Source of the DNA: Dehalococcoidia bacterium
GTDB taxonomy: Bacteria > Chloroflexota > Dehalococcoidia > Lucifugimonadales > UBA3495
DNA: 64,000 nt
Direction of reading: 5' to 3'
NCBI GenBank assembly: GCA_965203975.1
Contig: CBDBDT010000001.1
Location: forward strand, 904,029 to 968,028
Part shown: positions 33,074 through 41,444 of the stretch, one piece after another
Numbering within the stretch: the stretch's first letter is position 1
How the letters are laid out: the number at the start of each line of letters is the position of its first letter
Made by a program: the position numbers and the translations under genes
Notes under the pieces: generated by a model
What the model was told of the DNA's origin: nothing
Database searches by the model: none
Seen by the model: the letters and a program-made list of their open reading frames with translations, nothing else

Positions 33074-34459
33074 CTATCCATGAATCGCCCTTCCCTCGGC
33101 GCCCAACGCCGCTTCCTTGAGCATTTCCGAGATGGAAGGGTGGGCATGGACCGCCCAGCCCAGTTCCAGGGAAGTGCCCTCCAGGAGTCGGGTCAGGGAC
33201 AGCTCCCCCAGCAGCTCGGTGACTTCCGGGCCAATGAGATGAGCGCCCAGCAGCTCGCCATATCGCGCATCCATGACCAGCTTGACCAAGCCCTCCGTCT
33301 CCCCCATTGCCATGGCCTTGCCGTTGGCGAGGGCGTTCATCTTTCCGACCTTCACCTCGTGGCCCTGGGCCACGGCCTGTTCCTCGGTCAGACCGAAGCT
33401 GGCCACCTGCGGCTGGCAATACGTCGCCTTGGGCATGTAGGTGTAGTCCAGGGGCTCGGTTTCCTCACCGGCAATCGCTTCGGCGGCGGTGACCGCCTGG
33501 GCCGATGCGGCATGGGCGAGGGCCAGCTTTCCGGTGACGTCTCCTATGGCGAACACCCCGGGAACGTTGGTGGTCATGCGGTCGTCAATGCTTATGTAAC
33601 CCCGCTCGGTGGCGACGCCGATGCGGTCCAGCCCCAAGCCTTCGGTGTTGGCCTGAATGCCGACGGCCACCAGCACCTTTCCGGCTTCGATGGTGTGCTC
33701 AACTCCATTCTGATCAACGGTGACGGAAACCCCGCCGGCGGTGGGAACCACGCCTGAAACGCCGGCGCCGGTCATGACGTTGATGCCGTGTCGGGAAAAG
33801 GAACGCTCCAACTGCTGGCTGATTTCCTCATCCTCGTTGGGGACAAGGCGGGGCAGAAGCTCGACCACGGTGACATCCACGCCATACATCCGGTACACGT
33901 AGGCGAACTCGACGCCGATGGCGCCTCCCCCCACGATAACCATGGACCCGGGAAGGTCCCGGAGGACGATGCTCTCCCGGCTGGTTATGACCCGGTCCCC
34001 ATCCACCGGCAGGGATGGAATGCTGCGGGGACGGGCTCCGGTGGCGATGATGATGTTCTTCCCGTTGAGCCGGTCGCCCTGGGGAGATACTTCAACGACT
34101 CCGGGGGAAACGATGGATGCCTCTCCGGCGATGTGGTCAATGTTGTTCTTGCGGAGGAGATAGGCAACGCCCCGGACGTTGCGGTCCACCACCCTCCTGC
34201 TGCGGTCAATGGCGGCGGAAAAGTCGGCGTGAAAGTTGTCGAACCTCAGCCCGAACTCGTCCGCCCGGCGCACGTAGGAAACTATCTCAGCGTTCTTCAG
34301 CAGCGCCTTGCTGGGAATGCACCCCCAGTTGAGGCAAACCCCTCCTAGGGCATCCCGTTCGACGATGGCAGCCTTCATCCCCAGTTGAGCGCAGCGGATG
34401 GCAGACACGTACCCGCCGGGGCCCGCGCCAATCACCACCACGTCGTAGTCGTTAGCCAT
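33074..34459 (-). CDS. lpdA: Dihydrolipoyl dehydrogenase (E3)
   Basis: Start at ATG 34459. YDVVVIGAGPGGY and the redox centre GGVCLNWGCIPSK. Confidence 0.9.
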   Translation of the reverse strand: MANDYDVVVIGAGPGGYVSAIRCAQLGMKAAIVERDALGGVCLNWGCIPSKALLKNAEIVSYVRRADEFGLRFDNFHADFSAAIDRSRRVVDRNVRGVAYLLRKNNIDHIAGEASIVSPGVVEVSPQGDRLNGKNIIIATGARPRSIPSLPVDGDRVITSRESIVLRDLPGSMVIVGGGAIGVEFAYVYRMYGVDVTVVELLPRLVPNEDEEISQQLERSFSRHGINVMTGAGVSGVVPTAGGVSVTVDQNGVEHTIEAGKVLVAVGIQANTEGLGLDRIGVATERGYISIDDRMTTNVPGVFAIGDVTGKLALAHAASAQAVTAAEAIAGEETEPLDYTYMPKATYCQPQVASFGLTEEQAVAQGHEVKVGKMNALANGKAMAMGETEGLVKLVMDARYGELLGAHLIGPEVTELLGELSLTRLLEGTSLELGWAVHAHPSISEMLKEAALGAEGRAIHG

Positions 34460-34685
34460 TTGCACCAGCGGTTTTAGACATATGAAGTCAGAGGTAATTC
34501 CAGCCGTTTCGGTGCCGACAAAGACCACTACTGTCGGGGAAGGCTGGGCCAACCAATTATACCGGCCACCCTACCGGCGGGCAACGAAGCCGGTTGAAAC
34601 TTCCCTTTCCGGAGCGGCCCTGGTTTGTCCCGAGCCGGGGGTTCTGGTATCATTTACCCCTACCAAGCCGAACCACGAGGTTGTA

Positions 34686-34901
34686 ATGAGACTAGGACCC
34701 TTGGGCCTGACCGAACTGCTGATCATCCTAGCGGTGCTGCTGTTGATCTTCGGGGCTACCCGCCTGCCCGAAATAGGTTCATCGCTGGGCAAGGGAATCA
34801 GGATGTTCAAGACCTCGGTGACCGGCGAAGACGAACCTGCCAAACCGCCCGAGAAGCAGGAAACGGCCAAGGCAAGGACCAACACCGACGACCGGCCATA
34901 G
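34686..34901 (+). CDS. tatA: Twin-arginine translocase TatA/E
   Basis: MRLGPLGLTELLIILAVLLLIFGATRLPEIGSSLGKGIRMFK. GAGG RBS. Confidence 0.85.
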   Translation: MRLGPLGLTELLIILAVLLLIFGATRLPEIGSSLGKGIRMFKTSVTGEDEPAKPPEKQETAKARTNTDDRP

Positions 34902-34942
34902 CCAGCAACAGTCCCATCTCCCGTAGGAAACGAGAGCAAACG

Positions 34943-34972
34943 AAAGGACCGGCGTTTGGGCCGGTCCTTTTT
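34943..34972. terminator. Bidirectional intrinsic terminator between tatA and tatC
   Basis: AAAGGACCGGC gttt GGGCCGGTCCTTTTT, with A-run and T-run on the two sides. Confidence 0.7.
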
Positions 34973-35021
34973 CATTCCCTGTCAGCCCGCTCCGCGGAAT
35001 CCCCAGCTGGAGGAAATGTCC

Positions 35022-35789
35022 TCAGTCAACATCGGAAATCGGAGAGGTCGACCCTGAGAGCCGGTTTCTGCGGCTCCCCGCAATCTTGGCCAGCACAACG
35101 CCGAGCTCATAGAGGACCAGCAGCGGGACCGCCACCAATATCTGGTTCACCGGGTCCACCGTGGGCGTTATGACAGCGGCGAGGATGAAAGCAATTATCA
35201 GCCAGTAGCGGCGGAACCGGGAGAAAGCCCTGGCCGGAACGATCCCCAGGCGGGCCAAGAGGACCATGACCAGCGGCGTCTCAAAGACTAGCCCCATCCA
35301 CACCAGCAGGCGGATCATCACGTCCACCAGGCTGCTGATCCGCACCATCGGCTGGACAACGCCATCCCCGAATGACAGGAGAAACGGGAGCGCCTGGGGC
35401 GTCAGGACGAAGTATCCGAAGGCCAGTCCCGACGCAAAAGCCAGCACCGCCGCGGGCATGAAGATTAACAGGTAGCGCTTTTCCCGGTCCGTCAGTCCGG
35501 GGGCGGCGAACCGGACGGCCTGGTACAGGATGACCGGGAAGGCCAGCACCGCGCCGCCGACCATGGATATCTTGAAGCTGGTCGTCAGCGATTCGGTGAC
35601 CTGGGTCGCGATCAGCGTGACGCCCTGTCCGTCGTTGAGTTCCTGGGCCGGCCGCTTGAGTAGCAGTACGACATCCTCCCAGAAGGCGAAGACGACCACG
35701 GTGCCGACGAGCAGGGCGATAACCGAAATCAGGAGCCGCCGCCGCAGCTCCTGGAGATGTTCCCGGAGCGACAGTTCCCGGTCGTTCAC
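35022..35789 (-). CDS. tatC: Twin-arginine translocase TatC
   Basis: 255 aa, polytopic. LREHLQELRRRLL and a TatC-like helix pattern. Confidence 0.9.
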   Translation of the reverse strand: MNDRELSLREHLQELRRRLLISVIALLVGTVVVFAFWEDVVLLLKRPAQELNDGQGVTLIATQVTESLTTSFKISMVGGAVLAFPVILYQAVRFAAPGLTDREKRYLLIFMPAAVLAFASGLAFGYFVLTPQALPFLLSFGDGVVQPMVRISSLVDVMIRLLVWMGLVFETPLVMVLLARLGIVPARAFSRFRRYWLIIAFILAAVITPTVDPVNQILVAVPLLVLYELGVVLAKIAGSRRNRLSGSTSPISDVD

Positions 35790-36043
35790 CGTGTGTCGGG
35801 TCCAGGAGGGTCTTCCCTGGGGCCCGGTCCGGTGGGATTGGGGGGGCCGGGTCGGCGGTCATCCCCAGGTCGGCGGTCATCCAGTGATGCCGCTTCGGTT
35901 ATGTCGCCAACGGTCCGGCGGATTTCGCGCCACACCTTCCCGGTGGTGCGGGCCATTTCCATCGTTCTGGCCGGGCCCAGCACGAGGAATCCCACAACCA
36001 TTATCAGGGCGATTTCGGGAAGGCCGACGCCGAACAGGTTCAC
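35786..36043 (-). CDS. TatA/TatB-family protein
   Basis: MNLFGVGLPEIALIMVVGFLVLGPARTMEMAR. It has 4-nt overlaps with both neighbours. Confidence 0.8.
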   Translation of the reverse strand: MNLFGVGLPEIALIMVVGFLVLGPARTMEMARTTGKVWREIRRTVGDITEAASLDDRRPGDDRRPGPPNPTGPGPREDPPGPDTR

Positions 36044-37920
36044 CGGCGTTTCCCTCCCTGGAAGGGACAGTCAGCCCGGCAGAGCGGCTGGGTCGGCGCG
36101 CACCAGTCCGGTGGGCGCGGACAGCCCATCTGGTCCAGCATTTCCAGGAGCCGGCACAGGGGCAGGCCGACGACGTTGGTGTAGCACCCATCCACCAGTT
36201 GCCCCGGCTTCAGTTCCTCGTCCTGGATGGCGTAGGCTCCGGCCTTGTCCATCGGTGTACCGGCAGCGATGGACGCCTCGATTTCCTCGGCAGCCAGCTC
36301 CCGAAGGGCGATATCCCCTGTCATGCAGTCGGTCAGGATGCGCCGCGTCGGAACGTCTATGACCGTGACGCCGGTGGTGACGTGGTGGCGGGTGCCGCTG
36401 AGTTCGGTCAGCATCCGGCGGGCGTCGTCCTCGTCGACTGGCTTGCCGATTATCCGGCCGTCGTGGACAACAGTGCTGTCGGCGGCGATGACCACCGGGT
36501 TTTCGCCACGGCCGATGAGGTCGGCGGCGACGGTGGCAGCCTTCTTTCGGGATAGCCGCTGCACCATTTCCTGGGCGGTCTCGCCGGGCAGGACCGTTTC
36601 GTCGGCGCCAGATGGGATGATCCTGTACTGCAGCCCCAGGTCCGACAGCAGCTCCCGGCGGCGGGGTGAGCCGGAAGCCAGCACGATGTCCGGCGTCGAT
36701 TGGGCGCTTTCTAGGATAGCAACGCACTCGACGTGGTGGGTTTGGGGAAACATGTCCAGGGGCTGGAGGCGCTGGATCCGGTACGGAGGATGCGGTCCGC
36801 CGCACAGGAGCTTCAGGTCTCGGGCCAGGGTCTCCGGGTCGCAGGAGACGTAGACCACCCGGCGGGGAGCAAGCCGGATGAGACCCTGCAGCGCTCCGGC
36901 CTGGCAACCGGCCCGGGGCGGGTCGAGAATGACGGCGTCCGGCGCGGGATCAATGCTGCCGAGTACGTCTTCCGTTTTGCCCAGGACGAAATCAACGTTG
37001 TCCAGGCCGTCAGCGTTGGCCTTGGCGTCCTCCACTGCCGCCGCCGATTCCTCCACGGCAATTACCCGCCGGACATGGGGAGCCAGGAGCACGGCAAAGG
37101 CCCCTACGCCGGTGTAGGCGTCTAGGACGGTTTCGTCCCCCTTCAAATCCAGGGCTTCCCGCACTGTCTCAACCAGGTTTTCGGACTGGAGAGTGTTGAC
37201 CTGGAAGAAGGATGGGGAGGCGACCCGGAACTCGCGGCCTCCAACGGATTCCCGGTAGTGCGTCTGGCCGGTGGCGATGGGGATGTCGTCGGCTGACAAA
37301 CTGGGTTGGACCAGGAAGTCTCCGGTCTGCTCCCCGGCTCGGACGGACAGCTGGGTGGTCTCCTCGCACCTGTCCTGGAGTTGGGCGATGATATTGTTGA
37401 CTCCCGGGTGCATCAAGCCGCATCCTTCGATGCGGACAAAACGCCGGACCTCTCGGTGAACGAACCCGAGAGCGCCATCCGGCCCGACGGTCATGCGCGC
37501 ATGGTTGCGGTACCCGAACTGTCGGGGAGAAGGCAGGACCGGCAGGACTTCAACGTCCTCAAACCCGCCGACCCGTCGGAGGGCGCTGACCACCTTGCCA
37601 TGTTTCGCACCCAGCTGAGCGGGGTAGCTGATGTGCTGCCACTGGCATCCGGTGCAATACCCGTAGTAGTCGCAGGGCGGTTCAACCCGGTCTTCGGAAG
37701 GAGTCAGCACCTCTACGACCTGGGCCGATACGTAACCCCGCCGGACTCGCAGCACTTCGGCCTCCACCTTCTCCCCGGGAATGCCCCCCAGGACGAAGAC
37801 TTCCCGTCCGCCGTGGTAACCCACGGCTTCACCCAACCTCCCCCAGGACTCCAGGGAGAGGGTCAGGCGCTGCCCACGTTCCAGGCGTTCTGCGGTTGTT
37901 TTGCTGCGGTCTACAGCCAT
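36040..37920 (-). CDS. Fusion protein: RumA/RlmD-type RNA (uracil-5)-methyltransferase plus Maf nucleotide pyrophosphatase
   Basis: Start at ATG 37920. It has a TRAM-like N-terminus, the cluster Cys pattern CDYYGYCTGCQWQH, then FFQVN, DAYTGVGAF, DPPRAG, VSCDP and FPQTHHVECVAILE. It continues directly into IVLASGSPRRRELL...DKAGAYAIQ...NVVGLPL (Maf) with no stop. Confidence 0.8.
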   Translation of the reverse strand: MAVDRSKTTAERLERGQRLTLSLESWGRLGEAVGYHGGREVFVLGGIPGEKVEAEVLRVRRGYVSAQVVEVLTPSEDRVEPPCDYYGYCTGCQWQHISYPAQLGAKHGKVVSALRRVGGFEDVEVLPVLPSPRQFGYRNHARMTVGPDGALGFVHREVRRFVRIEGCGLMHPGVNNIIAQLQDRCEETTQLSVRAGEQTGDFLVQPSLSADDIPIATGQTHYRESVGGREFRVASPSFFQVNTLQSENLVETVREALDLKGDETVLDAYTGVGAFAVLLAPHVRRVIAVEESAAAVEDAKANADGLDNVDFVLGKTEDVLGSIDPAPDAVILDPPRAGCQAGALQGLIRLAPRRVVYVSCDPETLARDLKLLCGGPHPPYRIQRLQPLDMFPQTHHVECVAILESAQSTPDIVLASGSPRRRELLSDLGLQYRIIPSGADETVLPGETAQEMVQRLSRKKAATVAADLIGRGENPVVIAADSTVVHDGRIIGKPVDEDDARRMLTELSGTRHHVTTGVTVIDVPTRRILTDCMTGDIALRELAAEEIEASIAAGTPMDKAGAYAIQDEELKPGQLVDGCYTNVVGLPLCRLLEMLDQMGCPRPPDWCAPTQPLCRADCPFQGGKRR

Positions 37921-38032
37921 ATTCAGGTCACTCCCGAAGATACTATAATCCAGGAGACCCGAACATTGAAAGGTTGAGTCGGTGGTCAGGCAGGGCTTTC
38001 GCATAAAGTCTGATTCGATCCTTTCATCACTC

Positions 38033-38072
38033 TTCCCGTCATTCCCGCGCAGGCGGGAATCCAGACCCCGGT
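38033..38072 (+). repeat. REP/MITE-like hairpin repeat, copy 3 (with left arm AAGTCTGATTCGATCCTTTCA from 38008)
   Basis: Core at 38035-38072. Confidence 0.9.
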
Positions 38073-38141
38073 AGGCCCTTCAAACGATTGCCGGCCCCTG
38101 GGCGCAACTTTGCAATCATCTTGTTGCCCACGCGAGTCGTG

Positions 38142-38169
38142 TTGACCCTGGCCGGTGACCGGGTATAAA
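38142..38169 (+). promoter_or_regulatory. Sigma-70-like promoter upstream of trxA
   Basis: TTGACC at 38142-38147, a 16-nt spacer, and TATAAA at 38164-38169. Confidence 0.5.
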
Positions 38170-38268
38170 CTTCGACCACTGAAGAGTCCGCCGGCGGCGC
38201 CCGAATCGTTGCTAGTGCAGCGGCGCCGAGAGGTGGACTTACTAATGAAACCAAGATTTGGAGGCCTG

Positions 38269-38598
38269 ATGCCTGAACCTATCGAAGTCAACGAGAGCAG
38301 TTGGGACGACGAAGTAATCAATTCCGATTTGCCGGTCCTGGTGGATTTCTGGGCCGAATGGTGCGGCCCTTGCAAGATGATCGCTCCCGCCGTCCACGAC
38401 CTCGCCCTTGAGTACGACGGCAAACTGAACGTGGCCAAGGTGGACGTCGACAACAACCCGAACATCGCCATGAAGTACGGTATCCGCAGCATCCCAGCCC
38501 TGATTTTCTTCAAGGACGGCAAGCCCGTCGACCAGCACGTGGGAGCGGCACCCAAAGGCAGGCTCAAGCAGAAGATCGACGCAGTCCTGGGCAGCTAA
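38269..38598 (+). CDS. trxA: Thioredoxin
   Basis: WAEWCGPCKMIAP active site. ATG at 38269 follows GGAGG. 109 aa. Confidence 0.9.
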   Translation: MPEPIEVNESSWDDEVINSDLPVLVDFWAEWCGPCKMIAPAVHDLALEYDGKLNVAKVDVDNNPNIAMKYGIRSIPALIFFKDGKPVDQHVGAAPKGRLKQKIDAVLGS

Positions 38599-38621
38599 CC
38601 TCCTGCTCCCGCGGTTTTCGG

Positions 38622-38718
38622 GGGAGTGGATGGGGCCCGGTGGCTCTTGCGGTCTTCAAAACCGTTATGCCTCGTGAAGAGCGGGGTAGGTGGGTTCGAC
38701 TCCCTCGCACTCCCGCCA
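38622..38718 (+). tRNA. selC: tRNA-Sec (anticodon UCA)
   Basis: Hand-folded. The acceptor is GGGAGTG/CACTCCC plus GCCA. The D-stem is 6 bp with the 4-nt loop CGGT. The anticodon loop is CTTCAAA with TCA at 38656-38658. The variable arm has a 7-bp stem. The T-loop is GGGTTCGACTCCC. One mismatch each is tolerated in the T stem and the 8th acceptor pair. Confidence 0.85.
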
Positions 38719-38734
38719 ACCGGCAACTGGACCG

Positions 38735-38766
38735 AAACCCCTGCAGCAACAGGGGTTTCGTGTTTT
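38735..38766 (+). terminator. Intrinsic terminator after tRNA-Sec
   Basis: AAACCCCTG cagcaa CAGGGGTTT followed by cgtgTTTT. Confidence 0.7.
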
Positions 38767-38874
38767 CCCGCAGGGACAGCAGCGGATGAAAATTGAAGGC
38801 CCCAAGCTCTCCCCTGCTAGATTCTCGAAAACGTCACGCCGTCACCACAGGCGAAACAAAAGGAGTTCAAGCAA

Positions 38875-39063
38875 ATGATTCCCCGCTACCGTGGCAAACT
38901 GGGCGAGTACATGTGGCAGAAGGAGATGGAGCGGCTCAACCGTTACAAGGACCGGCCTTGGGAATTGCAGGCTCGAGCACAATCGGGAGGGGAGCTCATA
39001 GTCCTGATGATTGTAATCGGGGTCGCCTTCGGGGGACTGATGCTCCTGTCCCTGTTTGATTAG
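38875..39063 (+). CDS. Small membrane-anchored hypothetical protein (62 aa)
   Basis: AAGGAG lies 9 nt upstream. A C-terminal TM helix reads LIVLMIVIGVAFGGLMLLSLF. Confidence 0.4.
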   Translation: MIPRYRGKLGEYMWQKEMERLNRYKDRPWELQARAQSGGELIVLMIVIGVAFGGLMLLSLFD

Positions 39064-39229
39064 AACCGGAAGAACAACCGTCCCCGCCACAACGCGGAGC
39101 AAAAAGGAGCCGGACTGGCGCACAGTCCGGCTCCTCCCCATTCTCTTGATTATGACCTGGTGACTATCTCAAAACCATTCACCGTCCTCCCATCCACCCC
39201 GCGCAGAGCCTGCCCCGCCTTCCTTCTCT

Positions 39230-39320
39230 CCCGTCATTCCCGCGCAGGCGGGAATCCAGACCCCGGTAATACCTCCCCTTCAGGAACGGCAACCAGAGCA
39301 AACCCTCCCTCCCGTCACCC
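39230..39320 (+). repeat. REP/MITE-like repeat, copy 4 (91-bp unit)
   Basis: Core at 39230-39267 plus the CCTTCAGGAACGGCAACCAGAGCAAACCC module. It is near-identical to 39426-39515. Confidence 0.9.
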
Positions 39321-39355
39321 CTCCCCAGGGATGGTAACCAGAGCAAGCCCCCTCT

Positions 39356-39388
39356 CCCGTCGTCCCTGCGGAGGCAGGGACCCATCAG
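39356..39388 (+). repeat. REP-like repeat, copy 5, compensatory-variant hairpin
   Basis: CCCGTCGTCCCTGCGGAGGCAGGGACCCATCAG, with the hairpin TCCCTGC ggag GCAGGGA at 39363-39380. Confidence 0.85.
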
Positions 39389-39425
39389 CCTTCCCCCAAC
39401 CCTGTCTCCCGCACCCAGCACCCTT

Positions 39426-39515
39426 CCCGTCATTCCCGCGCAGGCGGGAATCCAGACCCCGGTAATACCTCCCCTTCAGGAACGGCAACCGGAGCAAACC
39501 TCCCTCCCGTCACCC
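39426..39515 (+). repeat. REP/MITE-like repeat, copy 6 (second copy of the ~91-bp unit, 90 bp here)
   Basis: Core at 39426-39463. It differs from copy 4 by one substitution and one 1-nt deletion. Confidence 0.9.
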
Positions 39516-39584
39516 CCATACAAAACCAGCCCCCACGAAGGCGGGGGCTGGAATACGGGGACACGATGACTCTCACCCACCCTC

Positions 39585-41222
39585 CTAGAACTGCGACCGG
39601 CGAGCCTCCAGGTTGGCATGGACATCTATCAGGACCGTCCGGCCATCCGCGTTTAGCCGCTTGGCCTGTTCCAAAGCCGAGGCCACCTCGCCCGGTTCGC
39701 TGACCGTGATGCCGACTGCACCCATGCCTTCGGCAATCTTGGCGTAATCGCCGCTCATCTGGGTCGCCCCAAACAACTCGTTGGCGGTAGGGTATCCGCC
39801 GGGGTAGGTCGCCATGCCGCCGTTGTTCAGGACAATCGTCGTGATGGGAGCGCCGGCCCTGACCGACGTCTCGATATCCAGCCCCGACATCCCGAAGGCT
39901 CCATCCCCCATGAAGTTGAGGCAGAACTTGTCCGGGCGGGCCAGCTTGGCTCCGATCATCAGGGGGATGCCGTATCCCAGGTGGGTGGTCTTGCCCCATC
40001 CAATGTAGCTGTGAGGAACGCTGGCGGTGTAGAAGGGCATGATGGTATCCCGGGGAGCGCCGGCGTCGTGGGTGACGATGCTGTTGTCTTTGTCCAGCAC
40101 CCGCTCCAGCTCGCCGATGACACGGTAGTGGCTGATGGGCTTTTCGTCGGTCTCGAGGATATCCGCCCACTCGCCCATCCAGGCATCCCGCATGGTCGCG
40201 ATTTCCGATTGCACTCCCGTGGTGCCCTTGCGGCCGCTTGCCCCCGCCTGCTCCTTGACCTCATCGATCATTGCTTTCAGGGTCAGCTTGGCGTCTCCGG
40301 GAAGCCCCACATCCACCGGGAAGTCCTTGTTGATGTCCTCGATGCTCTCCACGTTGTGGATGATGACCTTGCCGCCAGGGATGGGTTGCCCGTAGCTGGT
40401 GCGGGTCATGCTGGAGCCGACGGCGAAGAGAACGTCCGATTCCTGGAGCCACGTGCGGGCGGGCAGTGACGTGGAAGCGCTCCCCGACCCCAGGGCGAGG
40501 GGATGGCTCTCGTTGAAGGACGATTTGCCCGGCATGGTGCAGTAGACAGGTATCTCCGCCAGCTCGGCGAACTCCGTCAATTCCTTGGAGGCTCCGGCGA
40601 AAAGGACACCCATCCCCGACCAGATAACCGGCTTGCGGGCATTCAGCAGCAGCTCCACCGCCTGCTTCACGTCGGCGGGGTCGGGAGCCTGGCGGGCCCG
40701 CTTGGGCGCTTGATAGTTCAGGTCGGCTTCGGAAACTTCCTGGGTGCCGACGTCGGCGGGAATCTCCACAATTACCGGCCCTGGACGGCCGTTCCGAAGG
40801 GCGTGGAAGGCGCGGCGCATGACCGCGGAAACCTGGCTGGGCTGGGTGATAACCTCTCCCTGCTTGGAAACGCTGGCGTAGGTCCGCACCGGCGAGAAGT
40901 TGGGTTTTACCGAATACTGGCTCAGCGCCGGCCCGCCGGGCAGGTACAGGATCGGCACATTGTCGCTGTATGCCTGGGCCAGGCCCCCCATCGAGTTCTC
41001 TGACCCCGGACCGCCCTGGGTGATGGTGACGCCGAATTTCTCCCGCTGGTTCAGGCGGCTGTACCCGTCGGCAGCCATCAGCGCGCCCCGCTCCTGGCGG
41101 AACATGATAGTGCGGATACCTTCCTTGGCGGCGTGTTCAATCAGCTGGTTGGAGGGGAAACAGGACACCCACTCCACCCCTTCAATCTTCAAGATTCGGG
41201 CAACGGCTTCCATCACGTTCAT
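39585..41222 (-). CDS. Thiamine-diphosphate-dependent enzyme (acetolactate synthase/sulfoacetaldehyde acetyltransferase-like)
   Basis: 545 aa with GGPGSENSMGGLAQAYSDNVPIL. The ThDP motif is MGDGAFGMSGLDIETSVRAGAPITTIVLNNGGM. Confidence 0.85.
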   Translation of the reverse strand: MNVMEAVARILKIEGVEWVSCFPSNQLIEHAAKEGIRTIMFRQERGALMAADGYSRLNQREKFGVTITQGGPGSENSMGGLAQAYSDNVPILYLPGGPALSQYSVKPNFSPVRTYASVSKQGEVITQPSQVSAVMRRAFHALRNGRPGPVIVEIPADVGTQEVSEADLNYQAPKRARQAPDPADVKQAVELLLNARKPVIWSGMGVLFAGASKELTEFAELAEIPVYCTMPGKSSFNESHPLALGSGSASTSLPARTWLQESDVLFAVGSSMTRTSYGQPIPGGKVIIHNVESIEDINKDFPVDVGLPGDAKLTLKAMIDEVKEQAGASGRKGTTGVQSEIATMRDAWMGEWADILETDEKPISHYRVIGELERVLDKDNSIVTHDAGAPRDTIMPFYTASVPHSYIGWGKTTHLGYGIPLMIGAKLARPDKFCLNFMGDGAFGMSGLDIETSVRAGAPITTIVLNNGGMATYPGGYPTANELFGATQMSGDYAKIAEGMGAVGITVSEPGEVASALEQAKRLNADGRTVLIDVHANLEARRSQF

Positions 41223-41444
41223 AAGCGACCTACCTGCAATTCCTGATTGGACGGCAACGGATCATTTCAGCCGTTCCGTCCACGTTAATCCGGCGGCACC
41301 CCTCAGGGTGGCGCCCAATGGGATACTAACGCCCGCCCCCGCAAAAGGCAAGGGAGTCCTGGCCTCGGGCGAATCCCTCCGGTTGCCTCTATCCGGTGTC
41401 TCTGATACGCTACGCCGAGCCATCCCCCTCTGAAAGATTGTCGA

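Noticed and set aside
37921-38004. Longer start (38004) for the methyltransferase-Maf fusion gene.
   Set aside because: The extension begins at the edge of the REP/MITE copy at 38008-38072. It encodes an implausible leader, MRKPCLTTDSTFQCSG. ATG 37920 has a GGGAG upstream and gives a normal TRAM-domain N-terminus.
39160-39497. ORF-track entries translating the repeat family. Examples are 39160-39465 with SRHSRAGGNPDP, and minus-strand ORFs ending GFPPARE or containing LDSRLRGNDG at 27008-27370, 38039-38254, 44409-44624, 45950-46405 and 46423-47223.
   Set aside because: The peptide similarity comes from the nucleotide repeat itself. The ORFs lack RBSs and sit in intergenic mosaics.
39160-39520. 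Possible CRISPR array, given the regularly recurring palindromic repeats here and at 46.6-46.9 kb.
   Set aside because: - The units are contiguous mosaic modules, not fixed-length repeats separated by unique spacers.
- The same repeat is scattered singly across 20 kb.
- There are no cas genes.
- The small Cas2-like guess at 8986-9276 is weak and 30 kb away.
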